Source: an uncultured Chitinophaga sp. (GTDB lineage Bacteria > Bacteroidota > Bacteroidia > NS11-12g > UBA9320). From it: 64,000 bases of DNA. The notes under the pieces are model-generated. The model saw only the letters and a program-made list of their open reading frames with translations, was not told the origin of the DNA and searched no databases. Both the position numbers and the translations under genes were made by a program. Where the stretch lies: the NCBI GenBank assembly GCA_964617955.1, contig CAZTXB010000007.1, positions 89,085-153,084 of the forward strand. Direction: 5' to 3'. This document shows positions 1 to 9,606 of this stretch, piece by piece (position 1 is the stretch's first letter; every line of letters begins with the position of its first letter).

Positions 1-1
1 C

Positions 2-2932
2 AATACTTGCGGTTCGGTTTCCGATCCATTTTACGTTCAAATAAAAAATACAGGCGTGGTGGATTTGGCATCGGGAAGCGCTATCCCCGTTAGAGCTGTG
101 CTTTCAGGAGGTGCCAGCGCCACCTACAATAAAACCTTTAACCGTGAGCTTAAGATAGGGAAAACCGATACCGTTCATATGGCTAATATCAATGCCTTTA
201 ACATCACAGGAAATTTAAACATCAAATCATGGACATCCTTAAGCCTGGATTCAATAAAGAGCAACGACACGAATTTCACAACTAAAACATTTGCCGGACC
301 TTCAAAACCCACTCTGGGTTTCAATATAACCCAAACCTGCGACTCCGTTCGTTTTGCCAATACCACCAAAGACCCCTGCAATAGGATTTTAAGTTATACA
401 TGGTTCTTCGACAATGGCAAAACTTCCAGTCTTGTTTCGCCTGCTCATGCCTATACCTCTCCGGGCACCTACAATGTTAAATTGTTGGTTCTTTGGGGAA
501 CCGGAACCCGAGACTCGCTCCTTAAACAGGTGATAGTATACCCAAAACCTCAGGCTAATTTTTCGGTTTCAAACCACTGTCAGGGTACCAGTATTGACTT
601 CTCTAACTTTTCTTACGGGGCTGTTTCTTACCGATGGTCATTTGGCGATGCAACCACCAGCACTGCTACAAATCCTCCGAAACTTTATGCCACAGCAGGT
701 ACATTCAGTGTTAAACTCGTAGCGACTTCTGGCAGTGGATGTTCAGATTCCATTACCAAATCGGTAACGGTGAATCCCAAGCCGGCGGCTAAATTTACGG
801 TACCTCAGGCCTGCGCCGGGGCAAACCTTAATTTCAACAATACCACCACAGGGGCAGTTTCTTATAGCTGGGATTTGGGTGATGGCACCGCCTCAACCTA
901 TTACAATCCTACCAAGAGTTATCCAACTGCCGGTTTATATGGTATTACACTGACCGTTACTTCAAATAAGGGGTGCACCGACGTAACCAGCAGCAACGTA
1001 ACTATCAATCCAAACCCTGTCGCAGGATTTAGTGTACCAAACAGTTGCAAAGGCGTTACCTCAAGTTTCAGCAATTCTTCAACGGGTGCGGCTTCTTACT
1101 TCTGGGCCTTTGGGGATGGGATAACCTCATTCTCTCCCAGTCCTGCCAATCTGTATAAAGCTACCGGAACCTTTTCAGTAAGCTTGACTGCTACCTCTGC
1201 TTTGGGATGCAGCAATACATTGAGTAAGCAGGTAACCATTCATCCCCTGCCAGCCCCTGGTTTTACTTCTACGGCAGTGTGTGTCGGATTGGCCACCGAT
1301 TTCACCAACAAAACGCCTTCTGTTTCAGGAGGTATAGACTATATATGGAGATTCGGCAATGGAAAACAAAGCATTCAACAAAGTCCTTCGCATACCTATG
1401 ATGCTTCGGGAAATTACAACGTTTACCTCATCGCTACCACCAGTGCAGGTTGCAAAGATTCTACCTTTAATACGATTGAAGTTTATGCTAAACCTGTAGC
1501 TGAATTTGTGGTTTCTGATGTATGCCATGGCCAAAAGGTATATTTTATTAACAACTCGCAAGGCACCGTGAGCCAAACCTGGAGCCTTGGAGATGGTAAC
1601 TCCAGCACAACATTCAGTCCGGTACACACTTATACGCTCCCCGATTTATACAGGGTTACCCTCAATGTATTAAGCGCCAATGGTTGTGCCAGCAGTTTTG
1701 AGAAAAATGTAACTGTAAAGGCTAATCCTGACCTCGCTTTTTCTGCTGAAAATGTGTGTTTTGGAACGGACGCCGTCTTTACGAATTTTAGTTCCGGAGC
1801 CAGCACCTACCGATGGAATTTTGGAGATGGTGATTCTACTGTGATTACACAAACAAACCATACTTATAAAAAAACGGGAACTTTTACTGTTAAACTTACC
1901 GGAATATCACCTAAAGGCTGCACCTCTCAAACAAGTAAGTCCATCACGATTTATCCAAAACCTGTCGCGTCATTTAGCGCGCCTGTTGTTTGTCACGGAT
2001 TGCCAACCCAGTTCTCCAATGCGAGCACAGGGGCTGCTTCGTATGCCTGGGACTTCGGCGATGGCAGCGGAACCAGCGTGCTCAACAACCCCAGTTACAC
2101 TTTTTTCAATTCAGGAAACTTCAATGTTAAGCTCACCTCTGTTTCTACCGACAATTGCAGAACAGAAATAACTAAAACCATCACTGTGGCTTCATTGCCG
2201 GTACCTTCATTTTTAATTCAGGATGTTTGCGCAAATGTTGAATTTACTCCAAAAAATTCTTCCCTTGGAGCTATCACATCTCAGAGATGGAATTTTGGAG
2301 ATGGCAAGGCCGATACTTCCAAGGCACCTACGCACCGCTATCCAAGCCCCGGTATCTATACCATTCGTTTGACGGTGTCCACAGGGTTAGGTTGTACCGA
2401 CTCTACCGCTAAAACCATACTCATATATAACAAACCACTCATTACAAAGAGCCCGGATCTTGTTGTTAGCAAGGGCTATAAGGCTCAACTCTTCGCAAAG
2501 GGCGGAATCGACTATAAGTGGTCGCCTGCTGAAAGCCTCGACGATCCAAACATAGCCAATCCCAATGCTACTCCTAAGCAGAGCACCAAATATCAGGTCA
2601 TCGTAGCCAATGGATTTGGATGCGCCGATACGGCCTGGGTGAATGTAGAACTCAAAGAAGATTTTTCAATCGAGCCACAAAACCTCTTTACCCCTAATGG
2701 CAACCTTCAAAATGATTTTTGGGTAATAAAATCCATAGAGTTTTATCCTGAAGCTCAAGTGCTCGTATTCGACCAATGGGGTAGAATATTGTTAGACCAG
2801 AAGGAGTACAAAAACACATGGGATGGAACACTTAAAGGAAAACCATTGCCTGATGGAACTTATTTTTATGCCATCACCTTGCAAGGAACCGAAAGACAAT
2901 ATAAAGGAACTGTAACCATTTTAAGAAACTAA
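2..2932 (+). CDS. Multi-PKD-domain surface protein with T9SS type-B (gliding motility-associated, CHU_C-like) C-terminal domain; 5'-truncated by the window edge
   Basis: Frame is open from base 2 (NTCGSVSDPFYVQIKNTG...), so the GTG at 56 is probably not the start. Nine PKD-like repeats (YxWxFGDG...P.HTY...G.Y.V.L). C-terminus PQNLFTPNGNLQNDFW...DGTYFY...KGTVTILRN. Followed by a PorP/SprF gene, as is typical of type-B cargo. Confidence 0.9.
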   Translation, partial: NTCGSVSDPFYVQIKNTGVVDLASGSAIPVRAVLSGGASATYNKTFNRELKIGKTDTVHMANINAFNITGNLNIKSWTSLSLDSIKSNDTNFTTKTFAGPSKPTLGFNITQTCDSVRFANTTKDPCNRILSYTWFFDNGKTSSLVSPAHAYTSPGTYNVKLLVLWGTGTRDSLLKQVIVYPKPQANFSVSNHCQGTSIDFSNFSYGAVSYRWSFGDATTSTATNPPKLYATAGTFSVKLVATSGSGCSDSITKSVTVNPKPAAKFTVPQACAGANLNFNNTTTGAVSYSWDLGDGTASTYYNPTKSYPTAGLYGITLTVTSNKGCTDVTSSNVTINPNPVAGFSVPNSCKGVTSSFSNSSTGAASYFWAFGDGITSFSPSPANLYKATGTFSVSLTATSALGCSNTLSKQVTIHPLPAPGFTSTAVCVGLATDFTNKTPSVSGGIDYIWRFGNGKQSIQQSPSHTYDASGNYNVYLIATTSAGCKDSTFNTIEVYAKPVAEFVVSDVCHGQKVYFINNSQGTVSQTWSLGDGNSSTTFSPVHTYTLPDLYRVTLNVLSANGCASSFEKNVTVKANPDLAFSAENVCFGTDAVFTNFSSGASTYRWNFGDGDSTVITQTNHTYKKTGTFTVKLTGISPKGCTSQTSKSITIYPKPVASFSAPVVCHGLPTQFSNASTGAASYAWDFGDGSGTSVLNNPSYTFFNSGNFNVKLTSVSTDNCRTEITKTITVASLPVPSFLIQDVCANVEFTPKNSSLGAITSQRWNFGDGKADTSKAPTHRYPSPGIYTIRLTVSTGLGCTDSTAKTILIYNKPLITKSPDLVVSKGYKAQLFAKGGIDYKWSPAESLDDPNIANPNATPKQSTKYQVIVANGFGCADTAWVNVELKEDFSIEPQNLFTPNGNLQNDFWVIKSIEFYPEAQVLVFDQWGRILLDQKEYKNTWDGTLKGKPLPDGTYFYAITLQGTERQYKGTVTILRN

Positions 2933-2950
2933 ACCCATCACATCAGCACC

Positions 2951-4927
2951 ATGAAAAAAATAATAATTTCATCCTACATATTTTTATTGACCGGGTTTAC
3001 TCAATTGCAAGCCCAACAAATCCCTATGTTCAATTCTTATATATTGAACAAATTTCTAATCAACCCTTCATATGCGGGCATTTCAGGTAATACAAACATT
3101 TATGGCTTAAACCGTATTCATTTTGTAGGATTTGATGGGGCACCGGTAACCTATATGATTGCAGGTGATGCCAGCATTAAAAACAAAAAAATTGGCTTAG
3201 GCGGAGTTATGTTTTCCGACAGAAACCATATCATTGCCCAAACCGGGCTACAATTTGCCTATTCTTATGGCCTTAAACTCAATGATCAATGGAAACTTGG
3301 ATTGGGTTTAAATGTAGGAATGGTGCAATGGGCACTTAATTTTGACCGTTTAAGAGTGGAAGATTACTCTGAGAGTATTTTATCGACTGCCCCTTCTAAC
3401 GCGACCACCTTTCGCTCTGACTTTGGATTAAATCTAAGTTCTGACAAAATTGAATTTGGTCTTGCACTTCCTCAAATAGTGAGCAGCAAGGTAAAATACT
3501 CTGATTATACAAACAACAGCAAAGGAAATTACAGTTCGATCCCGCATTACCTTGTAAATCTTGGTTACTGGATTGATATAAAGGAAGACATTAAAGTTAA
3601 GCCTATGGCTGTAGTAAGAGGCGCTAAAAACGTTAAAACCCAATTCGATGTCATCGGATTGTTAGATTGGAAAAACAAAGCCTACGCTTCCCTTGGCTAC
3701 CGCTCTAATTTCGCCTTCTCCATAGGAGGTGGTGTCAACTTGCCAATGGGGCTTAAAGTTGGTTACAATTACGACCGACCCCTTAATGCCATCAGTACTT
3801 TTTCAGCTGGAGGACATGAGTTTGTAGTTGGAATCACTTTAGGAGGAAGTTCTAAATCTGCAGTTTCTGAAAAAGCCAACGGATTGAACAAAGAGGCGGA
3901 AGACAAATTAAAAGCCGATTTAGAAAAACAAATCTCATCGAAGCTTTCCATTGAATTTGAGAACAAACTCAACATGGAAATTGACTCGAAGGTTAAAAAG
4001 ATAGTCGATGATAAAATTGCCAAAGCTTTACAAGATAAATCTGTTCCATCCTCTTCAGGTGATGGAAACAAAACACCCAGCACGGGTGCAAGTTTGAGCA
4101 AAGAAGACATTGACAAACTGAAGAAAGACATAGAGGATTTGGTTAAAAAGCAAATGAATGAGGGAATCAGTGCTCTCATTGATGATAAGGTAAAAAAGGC
4201 CATGGAAGGAAAGCCTGGCTCAGGATCCACCACCCCTACGGTGAGTAAGGAAGAAACAGAAAAATTGAGAAAGGAAAGTGAGGCAAGAATTAAAAAAGAG
4301 CTCGAAGAAAACCTTAAAAAAGAATTGGCTGAAAAAGTAAATAAAGTGGTTGAAGAACGACTAGCTATAGAAGCACAGAAAGCCAAGGAGGCCGCCTTAA
4401 AAACTCCGCCTGAATATAAGATGACTCCAAAAGACAAGGCCATGCTTGATTCATTAAAGCAAAGGGATTTGGACAACGAAAAAAGAATTGCTGAACTTGA
4501 AAAACAGCTTAAAGCTTTCCCTGAATATGCACGTGTTGAAAATGTGGAACTTATAAATATCAGAATGGCAGCCAAGCAAAATGATATCGATCTTAAGAAA
4601 TTTAAAACCGAGCAAAAAGCACTTTTTGACGCAGCCCCCGATGCCCCAAAAAAATCGAAGAAAACCGAAGCGGATGAGTCCGGAGAATACGTGATTATTC
4701 TGGCTGCATTTAAAACACTTAAGGATGCGCAGGGATTTCAGAAAATTGCTTCCCAAACTTTTGAGTTTCCAGATACCAAGGTTCTGAAGCCTGCCGAAAT
4801 GGACGGGTGGTTCTTCGTATACCAGAAATCATATGCCGACAAGAAAGAAGCACAACGTGTGTACTTTAAGCTACTCGAAACGGATACCAATACGCCAAAA
4901 TATCCCTGGATTTATTTGCTTAAATAA
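2951..4927 (+). CDS. PorP/SprF-family T9SS outer-membrane barrel with long K/E-rich helical extension and SPOR-like C-terminal domain
   Basis: Signal peptide, then QQIPMFNSY...INPSYAG...GFDGAP and GYNYD...GGHEFVVG barrel motifs; ~270 aa K/E-rich linker; terminal YVIILAAFKTLKDA...WFFVY...A...WIY pattern resembling SPOR. Confidence 0.8.
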   Translation: MKKIIISSYIFLLTGFTQLQAQQIPMFNSYILNKFLINPSYAGISGNTNIYGLNRIHFVGFDGAPVTYMIAGDASIKNKKIGLGGVMFSDRNHIIAQTGLQFAYSYGLKLNDQWKLGLGLNVGMVQWALNFDRLRVEDYSESILSTAPSNATTFRSDFGLNLSSDKIEFGLALPQIVSSKVKYSDYTNNSKGNYSSIPHYLVNLGYWIDIKEDIKVKPMAVVRGAKNVKTQFDVIGLLDWKNKAYASLGYRSNFAFSIGGGVNLPMGLKVGYNYDRPLNAISTFSAGGHEFVVGITLGGSSKSAVSEKANGLNKEAEDKLKADLEKQISSKLSIEFENKLNMEIDSKVKKIVDDKIAKALQDKSVPSSSGDGNKTPSTGASLSKEDIDKLKKDIEDLVKKQMNEGISALIDDKVKKAMEGKPGSGSTTPTVSKEETEKLRKESEARIKKELEENLKKELAEKVNKVVEERLAIEAQKAKEAALKTPPEYKMTPKDKAMLDSLKQRDLDNEKRIAELEKQLKAFPEYARVENVELINIRMAAKQNDIDLKKFKTEQKALFDAAPDAPKKSKKTEADESGEYVIILAAFKTLKDAQGFQKIASQTFEFPDTKVLKPAEMDGWFFVYQKSYADKKEAQRVYFKLLETDTNTPKYPWIYLLK

Positions 4928-4978
4928 GCTTGTCTGTAATTAATTTCGCCTAAAATCAAGCCTAAACTTTGATAACGT

Positions 4979-5013
4979 ATGGGGCTAGTTTCGACTGGCC
5001 CCATCTTTTTTTT
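4979..5013 (+). terminator. Intrinsic terminator between convergent genes
   Basis: ATGGGGCTAGT-TTCG-ACTGGCCCCAT hairpin followed by C and T8. Confidence 0.85.
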
Positions 5014-5027
5014 ATTAGGAAATGCGC

Positions 5028-6206
5028 TCAGCGTGCTTTATGCTTCCGCCTTTTGATTTCCTGAACGATCAGCGACAACTCCCTTCCCATCTGCCCAGCC
5101 ATACTGCTATTTTCTTTTGCCCTCCTGCTCAAATAAGGCATGACCGATTTTATAGGTCCATACGGAAGATATTTGGCGACATTGTATCCACCTTCGGCCA
5201 GGTTAAAGCTGATGTTGTCACTCATGCCGTACAATTGTGAAAACCAAAACCTTTGATCATTTCTGGCAATGTTTCTTTCTTCCATCAGCCTTGTTAACAA
5301 CAAGCAGGAATGTTCGTTGTGAGTACCTGCACAGATTGAAATTCGATCGATATTTTCCAAGGAAATAACCAGGGCTTTGTCGTATTCGGTATCGGTAGCC
5401 TCCTTGCTGTCATGAATGGGATTTGGGTACCCCAATTCATTGGAGCGCGCTGCTTCTTTTTCCATATAGGCTCCTCTCACCAGCTTAAAACCTAAATAAC
5501 AACCGGTGTAAGTTTTTATGGCCTTCTCCATGTAGTCCACACTGCCCTTGCGGTAACATTGGATGGTGTTAAAAATTAAGGCTTTGTGAGTGGAATACTT
5601 GGTCATCAAGTCGTAGGCTATCTCATCCACAGGATCCTGGATCCAAGATTCCTCTGCATCAATAAATAATCTCACATCGTTATCAAAGGCGGCCTTCCCA
5701 ATGGTATCAAAGCGCTTCTTTATTCTGTAAAACTCCTCCAATTCGTCCATGTCGAGCTTTTTGCCTGAACCCATTCTTTCTAGTAAGGAATACCTCCCAA
5801 CCGCCGTAGGTTTAAACACACAAAAAGGGTAACGCTCTTTACCTTTGGCCTTCACAATGGTGCGCACAATTTCTTCGACATTCAGATCAAAACCAATCTC
5901 TGTTTCATCGCCTTCTACCGAATAATCTAAAATGGAGCCTACTCTATTTTGCCACAGCCTTTTAACGGCTTCGTCACAATCGTCAATGGTTTCTCCGCCA
6001 CAAAACTGTCCGAAAACAGTCTTTTTTAGTATGCCTTTTACCGGTAAACCTAATTTTAAGGCCATCATGGTCAAGGGTGGACCATATTTTACAAGCAAGG
6101 GATATTTAAAAATACTGAATACAAATTTGGACTTCATCAAGTCGCTGTCATTCTTATGTTTGAACGCCAATTCCGTATTCATTAAATTCAGTGCTGTATT
6201 TTGCAT
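5028..6206 (-). CDS. Proline dehydrogenase (monofunctional PRODH)
   Basis: Motifs QFCGGET, IDAEESWIQD, KLVRGAYME, GTHN, QLYGMSD, KYLPYGP, YLSRRAKEN. ATG at 6206 preferred over TTG at 6218 because the TTG lies inside a promoter -7 motif. Confidence 0.92.
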   Translation of the reverse strand: MQNTALNLMNTELAFKHKNDSDLMKSKFVFSIFKYPLLVKYGPPLTMMALKLGLPVKGILKKTVFGQFCGGETIDDCDEAVKRLWQNRVGSILDYSVEGDETEIGFDLNVEEIVRTIVKAKGKERYPFCVFKPTAVGRYSLLERMGSGKKLDMDELEEFYRIKKRFDTIGKAAFDNDVRLFIDAEESWIQDPVDEIAYDLMTKYSTHKALIFNTIQCYRKGSVDYMEKAIKTYTGCYLGFKLVRGAYMEKEAARSNELGYPNPIHDSKEATDTEYDKALVISLENIDRISICAGTHNEHSCLLLTRLMEERNIARNDQRFWFSQLYGMSDNISFNLAEGGYNVAKYLPYGPIKSVMPYLSRRAKENSSMAGQMGRELSLIVQEIKRRKHKAR

Positions 6207-6215
6207 AATATGCTG

Positions 6216-6223
6216 CAAAATTA
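6216..6223 (-). promoter_or_regulatory. Bacteroidota -7 promoter element for proline dehydrogenase
   Basis: Minus strand reads TAATTTTG (consensus TAnnTTTG) just upstream of ATG 6206; no clear -33 TTG. Confidence 0.5.
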
Positions 6224-6463
6224 CCCGAATCGAACAAAGTTAAAAATTAAAAAAATACCGCCCTATGACATGTTAAGGCCAGTCCATTTGGACCTGCAAT
6301 TATGCTTCGCATCGGACTTGTATAAATCCAATCAAAAACCTTATGAATGTTTATGTGGGAAGGCGCGTTTGTTTTAAGATAAACGTTTAATAAATTCTAT
6401 AAACATCACCTAAAATCCTTTAACCCTCATTCCAATTCTTAATAAAATATGTAATATTGAATC

Positions 6464-8650
6464 ATGATTCAAAGGTATACTCTCAGTATAATTTTTATTG
6501 CTACTTGCTTTACTCTGACGGCTCAAAAGAGCATAGGTCTGGAGGATGTTTGGAAAACAGGAACTTTCGCTCCAAAAGGCATCTCAGGTTTCGTGCCTTT
6601 AAATGATGGAAAAAGCTACTGCCGAAAAATAAGTTCACGAAATAACGGGCCATCTGTTGTGAGATACAGTTACGAAAGCGGCGAAGCTTTGGACACTCTC
6701 ATCAGCAGTACCAAAATTGCCAGAATGAATGGCCTCAAATCCTTTTCTTTCGACGGATTTCAATTTAATGCAAATGAAACCGAGGCTATACTCTCTACAG
6801 AAACAGAACAAATTTACCGACACAGTTCTGCGTCCAGGGCCTATGTTCTAAATCTATCTTCGGCTAAAATAACCCCTATTGCTTCGCAAAAAATAAGGTA
6901 TGCCACTTTTAGCCCAAGTGGCCAAGCTTTAGCCTATGTGTATGAAAACAATCTTTACATCAAGGATCTAAAAAAGAACAAAATTAAAAAGGTGACCAAT
7001 GACGGAAAGCGAAATCAAATCATTAACGGAGCCGTGGATTGGGTATACGAGGAAGAATTTAGCATGAGCAAAGGATACGAGTGGAATGAAGATGGAAGTG
7101 CCATCGCTTTCTACCGATTCGATGAATCGAAGGTGAAGGAATTCTCAATGACTCTTTACGATAGCCTCTACCCCACCGACTACCAATTCAAATATCCAAA
7201 AGCTGGTGAAATAAATTCGACGGTGGACGTGATGGTATATCACCTGAAAAAAGGCAAAGCAAAAAAAATGCAAACCGGCTCAGAAAACGACCAATACCTC
7301 CCTCGTATACTTTTTACTAAAACGCCAAATATATTATCCATCCAACGGTTAAACCGTCTACAAAACCGATGGGAGATTCTTCTGGCCGACATCAGCACCG
7401 GACAAACGCGCATTTCACATTCCGAAACAGATGCCTGTTATGTCGATATCACAGATGACCTCACCTACCTTCCCGGAGGTGAATTGATGATTCTCTCCAG
7501 CGAAAGGGATGGATACCGTCACCTTTATTTACATAAGACAGAAGGTCCCGAGGTGATGCAAATCACCAAAGGAGCGTGGGATGTAGCCGATTTCATTGGT
7601 TTTAACGAAAAAACAAAACACTTATATTATCTTGGGTTTGAAGCCTCATCCCTTGAAAAACATTTGTACAGAATTGATCTTGATGGAAAAAATAAAATCG
7701 AGCTCACAGCACAAGAGGGGATGCACTCAGCTGCTTTCAGTAAAGATTTTTCATATTTCCTCCACCAAAGTTCTTCCATTAATTCGGTACCGGTTTACAG
7801 TATTTGCAAATCAGATGGTGCGGTGTTAAGGATTATCGAAGACAACAAAGCCCTTCAGCAGAAAATAGAGGAGTACAAAGTTTCAAAAGCTGAATTTGGC
7901 ATACTTCCAACTGAAAATAACGTTTTGTTGAATTACTACTTCATTAAACCAAAAGACTTCGATCCTGCAAAAAAATATCCGCTGCTAATGTTTGTTTATG
8001 GAGGCCCTGGTTCACAACAAGTTTTAAACAGTTGGCTGGGCTCTAATTTTTGGTGGCATCAAATGCTTGCCAATGAAAAAGGATACATCATTGCTTGTGT
8101 AGACAACCGAGGAACAGGAGGCAGAGGTGCCCAGTTTAAGAAAATGACCTATAAACAATTGGGAAAGTATGAAAGTGACGATCAAATTGCTGCTGCCAAA
8201 TACTTCGGGACCTTGCCCTTTATCGATGGAACAAGAATCGGTATTTGGGGATGGAGCTACGGTGGCTTTATGAGCAGTACCTGTATTACAAAAGGTGCAG
8301 ATGTGTTTAAAACTGCCATAGCAGTAGCACCCGTAACTAACTGGCGCTACTATGACAATATTTACACTGAGCGCTACATGCAGCGCCCGATAGAAAATGC
8401 TGAAGGTTATGACACCAATTCACCCATTAACATGTTAGACCAACTCAAAGGAAATTACTTAATTGTTCACGGAACGGGTGACGACAATGTTCATTTTCAA
8501 AATTCTGCCGAAATGGTTGAGAAAATGGTGGAATTGAATAAGCATTTTGAATCAGCTTATTACCCCAATAAGAATCATGGAATTGGGGGTGGAAATACCC
8601 GATTGCATTTGTATAGTCTCATGACCAAATTTTTATTGGAGAATCTGTAA
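6464..8650 (+). CDS. dpp4: Dipeptidyl peptidase IV (S9B), secreted/periplasmic
   Basis: Signal peptide; DWVYEEE, YPKAG, GWSYGG (Ser), DDNVH (Asp), NHGI (His). Confidence 0.93.
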   Translation: MIQRYTLSIIFIATCFTLTAQKSIGLEDVWKTGTFAPKGISGFVPLNDGKSYCRKISSRNNGPSVVRYSYESGEALDTLISSTKIARMNGLKSFSFDGFQFNANETEAILSTETEQIYRHSSASRAYVLNLSSAKITPIASQKIRYATFSPSGQALAYVYENNLYIKDLKKNKIKKVTNDGKRNQIINGAVDWVYEEEFSMSKGYEWNEDGSAIAFYRFDESKVKEFSMTLYDSLYPTDYQFKYPKAGEINSTVDVMVYHLKKGKAKKMQTGSENDQYLPRILFTKTPNILSIQRLNRLQNRWEILLADISTGQTRISHSETDACYVDITDDLTYLPGGELMILSSERDGYRHLYLHKTEGPEVMQITKGAWDVADFIGFNEKTKHLYYLGFEASSLEKHLYRIDLDGKNKIELTAQEGMHSAAFSKDFSYFLHQSSSINSVPVYSICKSDGAVLRIIEDNKALQQKIEEYKVSKAEFGILPTENNVLLNYYFIKPKDFDPAKKYPLLMFVYGGPGSQQVLNSWLGSNFWWHQMLANEKGYIIACVDNRGTGGRGAQFKKMTYKQLGKYESDDQIAAAKYFGTLPFIDGTRIGIWGWSYGGFMSSTCITKGADVFKTAIAVAPVTNWRYYDNIYTERYMQRPIENAEGYDTNSPINMLDQLKGNYLIVHGTGDDNVHFQNSAEMVEKMVELNKHFESAYYPNKNHGIGGGNTRLHLYSLMTKFLLENL

Positions 8651-8682
8651 TGGAATTAAATTGGTTTCATGAAATCTGGCAT

Positions 8683-9399
8683 CCGTCGGTTAAAACCGAC
8701 GGCAATGGATGTTTCAAGCATAAAGCATTTATTGTCGTTCAGCCAGTCGCCATTACTTACAAAAATTAATCTCTATAAAATCTACTCCTCCTCCATTGCC
8801 GTCGGTTTTAACCGACGGTAAGAATTTAATTCAAAAAAACTCCAGCTGGAAAATTTCCTATCACTAAAGGATATTGAGTAAAAATGATTTTTACTTAGTT
8901 TGACGCTTTCCGTCGGTTAAAACCGACGGCAATGGATAGAATTTTAAACCGACGGCAAGGGATAGAATTTGAAACTGAAGGCAAGGGATGTTGCAAGCAT
9001 GAGGAATTTATTGTCGTTCAGGCAGATGTCTTTACATACAAAAATTAATATCTTTAAAATCCACCTCTCCTCCATTGCCGTCGGTTTTAACCGACGGTAA
9101 GAATTTAATTCAAAAAAACTCCAGCTGGAAATTTCCTATCACTAAAGGATATTGACTAGAAACAGCTTTTACTTATTTTGACGCTTTCCGTCGGTTAAAA
9201 CCGACGGCAATGGATAGAATTTAAAACCAACGGCAAGGGATACTTCAAGCATAAGGAATTTCTTGGTGTTCAGGCAGTCGCCATTTTCAACAAAAATTAG
9301 TCTCTACAAAATCCACCCCTCTCCATTGCCGTCGGTTTTAACCGACGGTAAGAATTTAATTCAAAAAAACTCCAGCCGGAAAATTTCCTATCACTAAAG
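8683..9399. repeat. BIME-like array: six 27-bp palindromic REP-like units in alternating orientation, forming three tandem modules
   Basis: CCGTCGGTTAAAACCGACGGCAATGGA at 8683, 8910, 9188; its exact reverse complement at 8792, 9071, 9322; homologous linkers between them. Confidence 0.9.
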
Positions 9400-9606
9400 A
9401 ATCATGAGAAGTGAATTTGCGAGAACTTTATGAATAGCCGGTTTAATTAATCATCGGCTTAATAATAAAGAAGGTTTGGCCCTCAAGCTTTTTTTATTTT
9501 ACCTGTATTGGGTCCAAACCTATTTTGTTGCTCAATTTATTTTTTTTATGATGGGTATTTCAGAAAATAGTTATTAATTGCCGCAAATTTTAAAAATAAA
9601 AAGACT

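Noticed and set aside
3769-4575. 268-aa antisense ORF
   Set aside because: S/F/L-rich shadow of the K/E-rich coding strand.
8683-9399. CRISPR array
   Set aside because: Repeats alternate in orientation, spacers are long and homologous to each other, and no cas genes are present.
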